From: a phage | NCBI GenBank assembly: GCA_018175035.1 | Contig: GCA_018175035.1_4099.4 | Length of the DNA: 24,260 bases | Reading direction: 5' to 3' (one strand) | In this document: positions 1 to 10,046 of the stretch, one piece after another | Layout: each line of letters opens with the position of its first letter | How positions within the stretch are numbered: position 1 is the stretch's first letter | Position numbers and translations under genes: made by a program | The notes under the pieces: generated by a model | The model's database searches: none | What the model was told of the DNA's origin: nothing | The model's input: only the letters and a program-made list of their open reading frames with translations

Positions 1-668
1 TTATTTCTTGCTCTAAATGTCGGTGTCATTGAATGACAATTCGGACAAAGAATTTTTAAATTCGATAGGTCATTATTTGTTGCATCACCATCAATATGTT
101 CAACTTCGGTAAGGACTGCACCATCAACTGGATGACGTTCATCCCATCCACAATCTTCACATGCAGTTCCACGTGTTTCATGTAGGTATCTTCTCACATA
201 ATTACTAATTTTGCAAGTCTTACCAGTACAACCCAGTTTATCACCAGCAAGCCAAGACTTAACATAAGTGTCATATTGGTGCTGTTTATGGCATTTCGAA
301 TCACAATATTTCTTATCTGTTTTTCCTTTAGGTATAAATGTATTACATGATAAACAGTACTGATCCTTCACCATCTCACCTGTATGTCGGTTATAACCTT
401 TATTATTATAACTAGCAGCACAAGATTGATTGCAAAATTTCTTTACTTCAACCCCTTTACAAAAAGGTATTGAGTTATGACACATCAAACACAACGTTGG
501 ATTTTCATTATAATATCTTTCACGAAATTCTTTATTAAGATTCGACAATGTAAATCCATACTTTAATAGTATTGTATTATAAGAAGGTAGTTCTTTACAT
601 TCATTGATATCTTTTTTGGTTATATTTGATTTTTTATTTTTGTATAGATTGTACATAATCTCTTTCAT
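1..668 (-). CDS. HNH homing endonuclease (3' end runs off the left edge; alternative in-frame ATG at 677)
   Basis: Manual translation of the minus strand gives ...TEVEHIDGDATNNDLSNLKILCPNCHSMTPTFRARN, a classic HNH motif with CxxC pairs; an upstream Cys-rich region; AGGA about 10 nt before the ATG at 668. Not in the ORF track, presumably because it is edge-truncated. Confidence 0.8.
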   Translation of the reverse strand, partial: MKEIMYNLYKNKKSNITKKDINECKELPSYNTILLKYGFTLSNLNKEFRERYYNENPTLCLMCHNSIPFCKGVEVKKFCNQSCAASYNNKGYNRHTGEMVKDQYCLSCNTFIPKGKTDKKYCDSKCHKQHQYDTYVKSWLAGDKLGCTGKTCKISNYVRRYLHETRGTACEDCGWDERHPVDGAVLTEVEHIDGDATNNDLSNLKILCPNCHSMTPTFRARN

Positions 669-734
669 AACATCCATATCCTATATAAGTAATATATAGT
701 ATTTAGTGCTATGAAATAGATTCGAACTTATTTG

Positions 735-808
735 TGCCCCAATTCCGACTCGAACGGAAAAATCTCACGATTACAAATCGTGTGCATTACCAATTTTGCT
801 ATTGAGGC
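735..808 (-). tRNA. tRNA-Thr (anticodon TGT), CCA not encoded
   Basis: Hand fold: acceptor GCCTCAA/TTGGGGC (7 bp, one G-U), anticodon stem CACGA/TCGTG, loop TTTGTAA, T-arm TTCCG-TTCGAGT-CGGAA. The D-stem is imperfect and the variable region is 6 nt. Confidence 0.75.
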
Positions 809-982
809 TAATTTAGGAAGTAAGATAACCAACAAGTCTCCATACTCTTTCGCATTGAGGGGAGGTCATCTTACTGTATTATTTATCATTTTTATTTTTG
901 CTTATTTCGACGCATTAACTTGATTAAAGCAAGTGTAGGCATAGGTTGTGCTGAACAAAGTACTTCAAGCTGTTTGGCAGTC

Positions 983-1069
<87 letters not shown>

Positions 1070-1071
1070 TA

Positions 1072-1197
<126 letters not shown>

Positions 1198-1216
1198 GCA
1201 TACTCGAAGTACCTCT

Positions 1217-1322
<106 letters not shown>

Positions 1323-1366
1323 AATTGCTTTATAAGCTACTGAATCGGGAATCACAACCTCCCCAT

Positions 1367-1621
<255 letters not shown>

Positions 1622-1630
1622 TAATACCCG

Positions 1631-2032
1631 CTAGTAGTTTAAGTCTGCGGCGTTGAATACACCAAGTGAAGTCTTACCACGTAGTTTAGGTGAAAGGACA
1701 TACTTTGTCAATTTCTTTTTACCGTACCAGTGATTGAATTCGTCTTCAGTAACATGTGGGTTCTGGAAATCGTATTCACGTTTCTTATGAAGTTTTTTAG
1801 CTTGTTCTGCAATCTTAGTTCGTTGATCTTCTGGAATGTCGAATGTATTGTTACGTTTGCACCATTCGTGCACTAATGCTTCCAGAAGGAACTGTTCAGT
1901 TTCTTTGACTAGAGTGATTTTAGTCAAGCCTTTTTCGATGTTCATATAATCATCGACATATCCATTCCAAATAACAATCTCTGGATTGCCGTCAATCTCT
2001 TGAAGCATTTTGATCAAGTCATTCTTTTTCAT
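1631..2032 (-). CDS. hypothetical protein
   Basis: Track ORF, ATG start, SD TAGGAA 5 nt upstream. Confidence 0.7.
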   Translation of the reverse strand: MKKNDLIKMLQEIDGNPEIVIWNGYVDDYMNIEKGLTKITLVKETEQFLLEALVHEWCKRNNTFDIPEDQRTKIAEQAKKLHKKREYDFQNPHVTEDEFNHWYGKKKLTKYVLSPKLRGKTSLGVFNAADLNY

Positions 2033-2040
2033 TTAAATTC

Positions 2041-2298
<258 letters not shown>

Positions 2299-2322
2299 GT
2301 ATACCTCTCGTTGTTTTTTTTG

Positions 2323-2395
2323 CGACTCTGGAGGAACTCGAATCCCCAACCAATTAATTAACAGTTAATCGCACCACCTATTGTGCTACAGAGTC
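2323..2395 (-). tRNA. tRNA-Asn (anticodon GTT), CCA not encoded
   Basis: Hand fold: acceptor GACTCTG/CAGAGTC, D-arm GCAC-AATAGGTG-GTGC, anticodon stem ATTAA/TTAAT, loop CTGTTAA, T-arm GGGGA-TTCGAGT-TCCTC; 73 nt. Confidence 0.85.
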
Positions 2396-2403
2396 ATAAT
2401 TAT

Positions 2404-3108
2404 TTATAAGCCATGTCTTTTCAAAAATCTAGCAAACACATTTTTGGAAGCACCATAACTTTCATATATACTAACTTTTTTCTCACCATTATTCAAACGT
2501 TGTTTGATATCTTCTATGTTATCTTCTAAACGTTTTACGTTTGCAAATTTCTTAGATGGTATATTATTTTTGGTTCTATAATTCAGTACTGAACCTGAAC
2601 TAATATTCATTATTTTAGCAATTTCAGTATCTAATAAACCTTGGTTAATATATTCTTTTACCTTTTCATAATCAACAGATGTTTCACCACCCTTTGTATT
2701 AGAAGGAGGCTTGACCATTTTTTGTGAACACTCAACACTACAATATTTTGTATATGATTTCACTTTAGTATGCCTACGGGTAAATTCCATATTACAACAA
2801 GCACATACAAATGAATCATATCGTGCTTGCACACCATTCTTATGTGTTTTATAACGATGTTCATCAACATGAAGTATTTGCAAATTTGACAAATCATCAT
2901 TTGTGAAATCATTATCAATGTGGTCTGCTTCTTCAGACTCAGTTAAATATCTACCTTCTTGTACTGCTAATAGATATCTGGCATATTGAGTACTGCTTCT
3001 ATCAGTTGGAGAATTATAAAGTATTACAGTTCTTCTACCTTCAGGGTTTATCTGTATATACCCATTCTCCCAATCATTACTGTATGGATATTCTAATTTT
3101 ATTTTCAT
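2404..3108 (-). CDS. HNH endonuclease with C-terminal helix-turn-helix-like region, free-standing, directly downstream of the intron-containing tRNA
   Basis: Protein contains EADHIDNDFTNDDLSNLQILHVDEHRYKTH (HNH motif), CxxC pairs, and a C-terminal LLDTEIAKIMNISSGSVLNYR segment; ATG start; 234 aa. Confidence 0.8.
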   Translation of the reverse strand: MKIKLEYPYSNDWENGYIQINPEGRRTVILYNSPTDRSSTQYARYLLAVQEGRYLTESEEADHIDNDFTNDDLSNLQILHVDEHRYKTHKNGVQARYDSFVCACCNMEFTRRHTKVKSYTKYCSVECSQKMVKPPSNTKGGETSVDYEKVKEYINQGLLDTEIAKIMNISSGSVLNYRTKNNIPSKKFANVKRLEDNIEDIKQRLNNGEKKVSIYESYGASKNVFARFLKRHGL

Positions 3109-3127
3109 TATTTTATTTCAAAGTTTG

Positions 3128-3432
3128 TGAGCCATCTGTGAGTCGAACACAGTACCTAACGATTCGTATAATCTATAGTTTTCACTATAGTACGGACTAT
3201 ATCATCATCCCATAGGGATGCCGGACGCTAATGATGTATTACACAGTAAGATCGTACTGTACCATCTAGTCTCTGCACCTTCCCAATACGCTTATTGGGC
3301 TTGGCTCAGGATTGTCATCACCATTACGTGTTAAGATTTCCCTGAATTCATCCAGTTTTTCAATCACCATTACTGATGAAAGTCACCATTGTCGATGAGT
3401 CGTTTGCTCTAACCACCGTGAGCTAATGGCCC
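3128..3432 (-). tRNA. Intron-containing tRNA, anticodon CAT (Ile2-like, or elongator Met); exons 3395..3432 and 3128..3164; CCA not encoded
   Basis: 5' exon GGGCCAT-TA-GCTC-ACGGTGGTTA-GAGC-A-AACGA-CTCAT; 3' exon AA-TCGTT-AGGTA-CTGTG-TTCGACT-CACAG-ATGGCTC-A. The exons fold into a canonical 75-nt cloverleaf only after removing 230 nt from the anticodon loop. C4-G69 and C5-G68 match what I recall of the E. coli tRNA-Ile2 acceptor stem. Confidence 0.8.
3165..3394 (-). ncRNA. Group I self-splicing intron (230 nt, no ORF) in the tRNA anticodon loop
   Basis: 5' exon ends in U; intron ends in G; GUG near the intron 5' end can pair with the exon CAU (P1); core elements P-like AATTCAGGGAAA, Q-like AATCCTGAGCC, R-like CAGAGACTAGA, S-like GATATAGTCCG, with P7 pairing GACUA/UAGUC. 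Confidence 0.8.
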
Positions 3433-3439
3433 GATTTAG

Positions 3440-3676
<237 letters not shown>

Positions 3677-3682
3677 AAATTA

Positions 3683-3701
3683 ATTATATCAGTACTGAAA
3701 A

Positions 3702-3711
<10 letters not shown>
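3683..3711 (-). promoter_or_regulatory. sigma70-like promoter TGGACA-N17-TATAAT with TTCAGTACTGA in the spacer
   Basis: Minus strand: TGGACA ATAGTTTTCAGTACTGA TATAAT; the predicted start site falls at about the tRNA-Ser(GCT) 5' end (3676). Confidence 0.55.
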
Positions 3712-4091
<380 letters not shown>

Positions 4092-4170
4092 ATCACCAAC
4101 TTTAATTAAAAAAAAATGGATGGTGACGCTTTTAAACGTCGCTGTCAATTCAGCTTTATAACCACCCGTT

Positions 4171-4380
4171 TTAACTTACCTTTCGGCTACCTTGACGTGG
4201 GGCGTACAGGCTACTAAAAGCAACTTCTGTAAACATATTTCCACGCCTTACCCTTTTAAATAAAAGTCCATCCGGTTTTCCAGTTTGATGAAGGACTGTC
4301 ACCTCTAGTTTAAACCTGCTAGTCAAGTAATAATTGCCTATCGTCCAATTATCAAACCCGTCTAGGTTAACATTCACCAC
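4171..4380 (-). CDS. doubtful CDS (GTG start only), in a stretch that looks GC-richer than its surroundings
   Basis: Track ORF begins with GTG; AGGAAG lies immediately upstream with very short spacing; no in-frame ATG near the start; composition (R/G-rich) is unlike neighbouring proteins. Could instead be a non-coding transcript. Confidence 0.3.
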   Translation of the reverse strand: MVNVNLDGFDNWTIGNYYLTSRFKLEVTVLHQTGKPDGLLFKRVRRGNMFTEVAFSSLYAPRQGSRKVS

Positions 4381-4455
4381 TTCCTAGAGTACCAGAGATC
4401 TTGTTCTGGATTGCATCGACGTAACTTACACCATATACGTCTGATTGTGGAATTC

Positions 4456-4493
<38 letters not shown>

Positions 4494-4524
4494 ACAAATC
4501 TGGACGTTCATCTTTAAACATATT

Positions 4525-4550
4525 AATATCCTCAGTACTGAATTATTTAG

Positions 4551-4554
<4 letters not shown>
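4525..4554 (-). promoter_or_regulatory. degenerate copy of the TTGACT-AAATA(A/G)TTCAGTACTGA cassette (weak -10)
   Basis: Same -35 and spacer as the 4456 and 4936 copies, but the -10 is GGATAT/GATATT; overlaps the 3' end of CDS 4551..4904. Confidence 0.3.
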
Positions 4555-4964
<410 letters not shown>

Positions 4965-4968
4965 CTTT

Positions 4969-5137
<169 letters not shown>

Positions 5138-5141
<4 letters not shown>

Positions 5142-5298
5142 ATTCGTACCAGTAGTTCAATTAAGTACATTTCATATGCTGGATCGTTGATAAGTTTATC
5201 ATACATATGTGGCTCTGAAATGAATTCCCAATGATACTTTAGCCATCTACCGATACCCGAATATCTAAAATTAATGTCATTCATCCATTCTTCATGTG

Positions 5299-5302
<4 letters not shown>
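5138..5302 (-). CDS. small protein, MTHEEW family (member B, 54 aa)
   Basis: Manual translation: MTHEEWMNDINFRYSGIGRWLKYHWEFISEPHMYDKLINDPAYEMYLIELLVRI; ATGA overlap with member A; about 80% identical to A. Confidence 0.65.
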
Positions 5303-5463
<161 letters not shown>

Positions 5464-5486
5464 GGTTTTTAACCTTTAATTAAAAT

Positions 5487-5563
5487 TGGCCGAGGTAGAG
5501 GGACTTGAACCCCCAACCTAGAGATTAGAATTCTCTTGCACTATCCAATTGTGCTATACCCCG
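5487..5563 (-). tRNA. tRNA-Arg (anticodon TCT), CCA encoded
   Basis: Hand fold: acceptor CGGGGTA/TACCTCG, D-arm GCAC-AATTGGATA-GTGC, anticodon stem AGAGA/TCTCT, loop ATTCTAA, T-arm GGGGG-TTCAAGT-CCCTC, G-CCA; 77 nt. Confidence 0.85.
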
Positions 5564-5567
5564 TATT

Positions 5568-5695
<128 letters not shown>

Positions 5696-5716
5696 ATTAT
5701 ATAATGAATTAATGAT

Positions 5717-5935
5717 TTATGCAAGTGCTTTAGATACACCGACACCAATAATTCCAGTGATATCGATATGGATATTGGCAAGTTGATTACTATCATATGG
5801 GTTTGTTTCTGTAATAACCAATGTTGTATCATTGACTAAAACCACAGTACCTTTTACACGATAACCATGTAGTAGTACTTGAACCTCATCTTCAGGTTTT
5901 AATGATTGAATAACTTCAAATAAAGTTGTTTCCAT
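5717..5935 (-). CDS. hypothetical protein (start moved to the ATG with a strong SD)
   Basis: Track ORF 5717..6043 would overlap the upstream gene by 92 nt; the internal METTLF start at 5935 is preceded by AAGGAA plus 8 nt and begins right after the upstream stop. Confidence 0.6.
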   Translation of the reverse strand: METTLFEVIQSLKPEDEVQVLLHGYRVKGTVVLVNDTTLVITETNPYDSNQLANIHIDITGIIGVGVSKALA

Positions 5936-5951
5936 TTTTTGTATTCCTTGT

Positions 5952-6134
5952 TTAGTTTTGATTATTTGACTTTCTAAATGCCAGTTCGCATATAAACCAG
6001 GGTTTTCTGGTATCCAAAACATATGACCTGAAAAGATTTTCATCTCTTAATATATCATAATGTACCTGACGAATGCCATTCCCAAAGCAGTCATGTTCTT
6101 TATGCTGTTTGGACATCCATTCTTCGTGTGTCAT
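5952..6134 (-). CDS. small protein, MTHEEW family (member D, 60 aa)
   Basis: Track ORF 5952..6152 starts at TTG; the ATG at 6134 gives MTHEEWMSKQHK...; paralogous to E and F (shared FG.GI..GHYDIL and WFI.ELA.R). Confidence 0.7.
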   Translation of the reverse strand: MTHEEWMSKQHKEHDCFGNGIRQVHYDILRDENLFRSYVLDTRKPWFICELAFRKSNNQN

Positions 6135-6135
6135 T

Positions 6136-6471
<336 letters not shown>

Positions 6472-6476
6472 TCTTA

Positions 6477-6653
6477 CTATTTTTTATCTCTAATAGCAAG
6501 CTCGTAGATGAACCAGTGGTTGGAATCTTCGTCCAAAACCAATGATTCGAACGTTTTTTTATCGTTCAAAATATCATAATGGCCTTGGCGTATACCAAAT
6601 CCAAAATGATCATGTTTATATTTTAGTGACTCTATCCATTCTTCATGTGTCAT
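6477..6653 (-). CDS. small protein, MTHEEW family (member E, 58 aa)
   Basis: Track ORF 6477..6671 starts at TTG; the ATG at 6653 gives MTHEEWIESLKYKHDHFGFGIRQGHYDIL...WFIYELAIRDKK. Confidence 0.7.
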   Translation of the reverse strand: MTHEEWIESLKYKHDHFGFGIRQGHYDILNDKKTFESLVLDEDSNHWFIYELAIRDKK

Positions 6654-6734
6654 TTTATGTATCCAGTTCAATTAAGTGTTTCATTTATTCTTCTGTAAAG
6701 AAAGCATTGCAATGGACAATGGAAAAGGTTATTA
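6654..6734 (-). pseudogene. decayed remnant of a paralogue of gene 6136..6351, upstream of MTHEEW member E
   Basis: About 60 nt upstream of member E matches the DNA upstream of member D (…TGCTTTCTTTACA.AAGAA…CACTTAATTG.ACTGGATACATAAAATGACACA), but here it carries an in-frame stop (NAFFTEE*) and a 9-codon stub MKHLIELDT*, versus …SAFFTKEEMQHLIVLDT* in the intact gene. Confidence 0.5.
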
Positions 6735-6911
6735 TATTTTTTTGTCTCTAACCGCAAGCTCATAGATGAACCAACGATTTCCATTCTCATCTAGTACATA
6801 TGATTCGAACTTATATTTGTCTCGTAAAATATCGAAATGACCATCAATAAATCCATTTCCAAACTGGTCATAACGTTTTTTCATCATTGCCATCCATTCT
6901 TCATGTGTCAT
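6735..6911 (-). CDS. small protein, MTHEEW family (member F, 58 aa)
   Basis: Manual translation: MTHEEWMAMMKKRYDQFGNGFIDGHFDILRDKYKFESYVLDENGNRWFIYELAVRDKKI; ATGA overlap with the upstream gene; below the track cut-off. Confidence 0.65.
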
Positions 6912-7093
6912 CTCTTAATATCCATAACGGCTATACTAAAATATGTACCAAAATCATCACAATTGATAATGTTGTTATAGTACTCAATTGGGTTACGCAA
7001 TGATATATACAATTCAAGCTTAAAATAGTATATATCTGCTGCATTTATATTATAGTGTAGATTAAACCACTCATCAAATGTCTTAGGCTGCAT
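6908..7093 (-). CDS. hypothetical protein
   Basis: Track ORF, ATG start, stop overlaps the start of member F (ATGA). Confidence 0.6.
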   Translation of the reverse strand: MQPKTFDEWFNLHYNINAADIYYFKLELYISLRNPIEYYNNIINCDDFGTYFSIAVMDIKR

Positions 7094-7487
7094 TATATTT
7101 ATCTTTATAAAAATCCATGATTTTAGTCAACAGTACTGCAATCGTATAATCTAAATCAGGATAAAGTAAATTGTACTGAAATTCTTCCTCAACACTATAG
7201 TTAGTGGTACAGTACTGGTAATCTTTATAACCTATTGAAAAATAATTCGGATACAATGTACAACGAAAGCGATAAGCTTCATCTGTCATATAATCATTGT
7301 ATTCAACACAGAAGTATAGTGATTTTGAATTTAATTCGATAAGCTCCACGAAACCATCTGGTAATGAATGATTATAAATGGTATTATCATTATTAAACCA
7401 TTCATAATATTTTTCTAAAAAATCACTAATAGATACATCAAGACTTTGTATAGGTGGAGTTATGATAATTTGAACTTCGTTATTCAT
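7083..7487 (-). CDS. hypothetical protein
   Basis: Track ORF, ATG start, coupled to its neighbours by short overlaps. Confidence 0.7.
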   Translation of the reverse strand: MNNEVQIIITPPIQSLDVSISDFLEKYYEWFNNDNTIYNHSLPDGFVELIELNSKSLYFCVEYNDYMTDEAYRFRCTLYPNYFSIGYKDYQYCTTNYSVEEEFQYNLLYPDLDYTIAVLLTKIMDFYKDKYNAA

Positions 7488-7972
7488 TTTCTCCCCTTAT
7501 TATATTTTACATATGGGTTATCATAAAGATCATAACTTTTCTGAGCACGTTCTTTTTTGCGTTCATACATAATTCTATCATACTCCTTCGCTTTCCCATT
7601 TGCTTCATTATACAGTTTTAAAATTAGCAAAAATGTATCAAGGTCAGGGTAGTTTGCTGGATTGATAGTACTTAACATAAATCGTTCTTCTTCAGTTCTA
7701 GCAACATCAAACTCATACTTAATAGTTTTATACCCACTCCATTTATATGTGTGTATTACTTTGTTAGTAAGTACATTATATTCAACGAAATCAGTACTAC
7801 CATCAAGTACACGAGTAATCTTAATAGATGTACCAATGACAATCTGTACAGAACTCATTTCTGAAGTTTTAAAGTAATAAATGTTATTACGGCGAAGATT
7901 AACTTCTCGATCTCCAATGCGAACATGCTTAATAACTTCCATTAATGGTTCTGGTACACCACGAATTGGCAT
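7484..7972 (-). CDS. hypothetical protein, FQxST-like motif (start moved to the ATG with SD)
   Basis: Track start at 8032 overlaps the upstream gene by 59 nt; the internal ATG at 7972 (MPIRGV...) is preceded by AAGGAG plus 7 nt; contains EEERFMLSTINP. Confidence 0.65.
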   Translation of the reverse strand: MPIRGVPEPLMEVIKHVRIGDREVNLRRNNIYYFKTSEMSSVQIVIGTSIKITRVLDGSTDFVEYNVLTNKVIHTYKWSGYKTIKYEFDVARTEEERFMLSTINPANYPDLDTFLLILKLYNEANGKAKEYDRIMYERKKERAQKSYDLYDNPYVKYNKGRK

Positions 7973-7973
7973 G

Positions 7974-8192
7974 TTAATGCTCCTTTTTAATTCTATACAT
8001 TTTAACAGCACTGGTTTCCCAAAAGTCACCATCTAAGTTGCTGAATTTATATATAGTTTCGAGATTTTCACCATCAAACGAAAACAACACAACATCTTCT
8101 TGTACAGTGCCGTTATGTAACATGATATCATAAACTTCATTTCTTACAAATAATTCTTTGGCCTTAGAAATATCAAAATCAATAAATTTCAT
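7974..8192 (-). CDS. hypothetical protein (start moved to the ATG with SD)
   Basis: AGGAGG lies inside the first six codons of the track ORF, 4 nt upstream of the ATG at 8192 (MKFIDFD...). Confidence 0.6.
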   Translation of the reverse strand: MKFIDFDISKAKELFVRNEVYDIMLHNGTVQEDVVLFSFDGENLETIYKFSNLDGDFWETSAVKMYRIKKEH

Positions 8193-8240
8193 ATATCCTC
8201 CTATTATCATTATTTGTATTATATCAGAGTTTCATTGCAT

Positions 8241-8633
8241 CTACCAGCATGTTTTCATAACTTCTGTGATGTGATTCATTTTATCTTTAAGTACGTAAGG
8301 GATGCAAATTTCACCTGGGCTTAACGTTGTGTTCTTTTGAAACTCATCTTCTTCGGAATCAGCCAGGTAAAATGGGTGTGTCACAAAGGTATCATCAACT
8401 GGACGATTATGTGGTTTCATTAATGCATCATGATTGACAAAATAATAAGCATCAATATCAGGACGGAAATACAAACAATCAACCTTAATGCACGGGTGTA
8501 ACCATAAGGACAAAGAATATGTTATTTGGTTACCAATTTGTCTTGGGCCTGATGCAATTGTATTGATGTTATTTTTATCTTGTACCATTTCATAAATGAA
8601 ATCTATCATTTCGTGTAGTTCTGATTCAGTCAT
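8241..8633 (-). CDS. hypothetical protein, divergent FQxST-like motif
   Basis: Track ORF, ATG start, SD AAGGAAA; contains EEDEFQKNTTLSP. Confidence 0.7.
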   Translation of the reverse strand: MTESELHEMIDFIYEMVQDKNNINTIASGPRQIGNQITYSLSLWLHPCIKVDCLYFRPDIDAYYFVNHDALMKPHNRPVDDTFVTHPFYLADSEEDEFQKNTTLSPGEICIPYVLKDKMNHITEVMKTCW

Positions 8634-8644
8634 TTTATTTCCTT

Positions 8645-8675
8645 AAAAAAATACCCAGTACTTGACTGGGTATTT
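8645..8675 (-). terminator. rho-independent terminator-like hairpin (9-11 bp stem plus T6)
   Basis: Minus strand: AAATACCCAGT-CAAGT-ACTGGGTATTT followed by TTTTTT; sits between the small ORF 8688..8837 and the SD of gene 8241..8633. Confidence 0.6.
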
Positions 8676-8687
8676 ACAAAGTAACGT

Positions 8688-8837
8688 TTAATCAGATTTA
8701 TTTTCGTAATCTGTAAAAACAGTCAGGATTGTTGCACATAGTGAATCAACTACTGATGCACGTGTGTTATCAAGGTCTTTAGCTAGTGCTTGAATCTCTT
8801 GAAGTTTTACTACTAAGTCGATTTTTTGATTACTCAT
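8688..8837 (-). CDS. small hypothetical protein (49 aa), not in the track
   Basis: Manual translation: MSNQKIDLVVKLQEIQALAKDLDNTRASVVDSLCATILTVFTDYENKSD; SD AGGAG 5 nt upstream; followed by the terminator. Confidence 0.5.
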   Translation of the reverse strand: MSNQKIDLVVKLQEIQALAKDLDNTRASVVDSLCATILTVFTDYENKSD

Positions 8838-8859
8838 TACTTCTCCTATTGGATGTTTT

Positions 8860-9150
8860 TTAGATATTAATTTTTATACCACTAAGGTCTAGAACTTTTT
8901 TATTAGATACTGTTTCTGATTCTAATTTAGTTTCTTTTACCTCAGTGTTAATATTTACGTCATCTTTGAGAATATCAGGGATAATACCATGTTGAATATC
9001 ATCGTACATAGAAACAACGGTTTCGGCACAAGATAACATTTCACGAACTTTGTACTGATAACCCTGTGGTAACTCATTGATGATTTCCATAATATCTAAT
9101 AATTTAGTTTGGACATCAATAAGAATTTTTCTTGATTTTTCTGGTTCCAT
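8860..9150 (-). CDS. hypothetical protein
   Basis: Track ORF, ATG start, TAATG overlap with the upstream gene. Confidence 0.7.
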   Translation of the reverse strand: MEPEKSRKILIDVQTKLLDIMEIINELPQGYQYKVREMLSCAETVVSMYDDIQHGIIPDILKDDVNINTEVKETKLESETVSNKKVLDLSGIKINI

Positions 9151-9656
9151 TACTCCAACTCCACAACATTACTTTTTTTGGATTTAATCACTGATGGTGG
9201 CTCATTAACGCTTGTTTGACCACGAAGTGATTTTTCCAACGCAATGATGCGTTTTAAAGTTTTTATTGATGGTCGCTTCTTCGTCAACTCAGCTTTTGCT
9301 TCTGAATAATATTTTCTTACATATCCATAGGCATAATATTTTGAACCAATGAAAATTTCAGCAACTACTGGATTTGAGTATTGTGTATCAATCCCATTCT
9401 GTTCTGTCTCTACAGTGTAAAATGAAATATTTGTATCACATGCTGAAATTTTAGCCACCAAAAGATTTGCATCGAACTTATCTAAAATTAGAGAAATTGT
9501 TTTTTCGGCATCAGCACTATATGGCATAGCAGACATTAAAAGTTGGAATGTCTTAAAGTACTTACTTCCACTAATCATGGTATTGAAAATCAATCCAATG
9601 GTGATTAATGCAAGTGTACCAATACACACAAACAAAAACCAATATTCAACACTCAT
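9150..9656 (-). CDS. hypothetical membrane protein (N-terminal hydrophobic helix)
   Basis: Track ORF, ATG start, SD AAGAGGA; N-terminal WFLFVCIGTLALITIGLIF. Confidence 0.7.
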   Translation of the reverse strand: MSVEYWFLFVCIGTLALITIGLIFNTMISGSKYFKTFQLLMSAMPYSADAEKTISLILDKFDANLLVAKISACDTNISFYTVETEQNGIDTQYSNPVVAEIFIGSKYYAYGYVRKYYSEAKAELTKKRPSIKTLKRIIALEKSLRGQTSVNEPPSVIKSKKSNVVELE

Positions 9657-9679
9657 TTATAAATCCTCTTACTTTATAT

Positions 9680-9710
9680 GATTAAAATGCCCCATCAAAA
9701 ATGATGAGGC
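9680..9710 (-). terminator. rho-independent terminator (8-bp stem with one G-U, U-rich tail)
   Basis: Minus strand: GCCUCAUC-AUUUUU-GAUGGGGC then AUUUUAAUC; downstream of the stop of gene 9722..9931. Confidence 0.55.
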
Positions 9711-9721
9711 GGTAAGATAAA

Positions 9722-9931
9722 TTACTTACGATTTGCTTTACGCAGTTCAGATAGTTCTTCTTGAAGACTTTTCTTCCATGCAATCAAGTGAGCAAAACGG
9801 ATTGGCCTTGCACCAGTACCGTGGAATACTGCTAGAGCTTCTTCTGCTTGATGAATCTGGAATTGAATATAGTTCACAGTGCGGTCGAAGTCGGTGATAT
9901 CTAGTACTTGTGCGTTAGTTTCTTTAGCCAT
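9722..9931 (-). CDS. hypothetical protein
   Basis: Track ORF, ATG start, SD AAAGGG. Confidence 0.7.
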   Translation of the reverse strand: MAKETNAQVLDITDFDRTVNYIQFQIHQAEEALAVFHGTGARPIRFAHLIAWKKSLQEELSELRKANRK

Positions 9932-9959
9932 TTTAATACCCTTTTATTTCTTTTTTATG

Positions 9960-9980
9960 AAAAACCCTCATCATTGAGGA
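9960..9980 (-). promoter_or_regulatory. 5'-UTR stem-loop (CCUCA-AUGA-UGAGG, then G-U5) about 30 nt downstream of the promoter
   Basis: Read directly; together with the promoter at 10015..10042 it forms a promoter-plus-stem-loop cassette. Confidence 0.45.
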
Positions 9981-10014
9981 ATGGTTTGCATTTTAATATC
10001 TGCCGATAACAAAC

Positions 10015-10042
10015 ATTATATCACAATATCTGTTCTTGTCCA
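10015..10042 (-). promoter_or_regulatory. sigma70-like promoter TGGACA-N16-TATAAT
   Basis: Minus strand: TTGGACA AGAACAGATATTGTGA TATAAT, just after the stop of gene 10047..10343. Confidence 0.55.
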
Positions 10043-10046
10043 ATTT

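Noticed and set aside
700-732. GTTCGAATC-like T-arm sequence on the minus strand just downstream of tRNA-Thr
   Set aside because: No acceptor stem or anticodon arm can be built around it; a T-loop-like heptamer occurs by chance.
2396-2410. TATAAATA (late-promoter-like box in T4-type phages) placed so that transcription would start at the tRNA-Asn 5' end
   Set aside because: A single AT-rich octamer in AT-rich DNA is weak evidence; it also lies at the 3' end of the HNH coding region. Kept only as a note.
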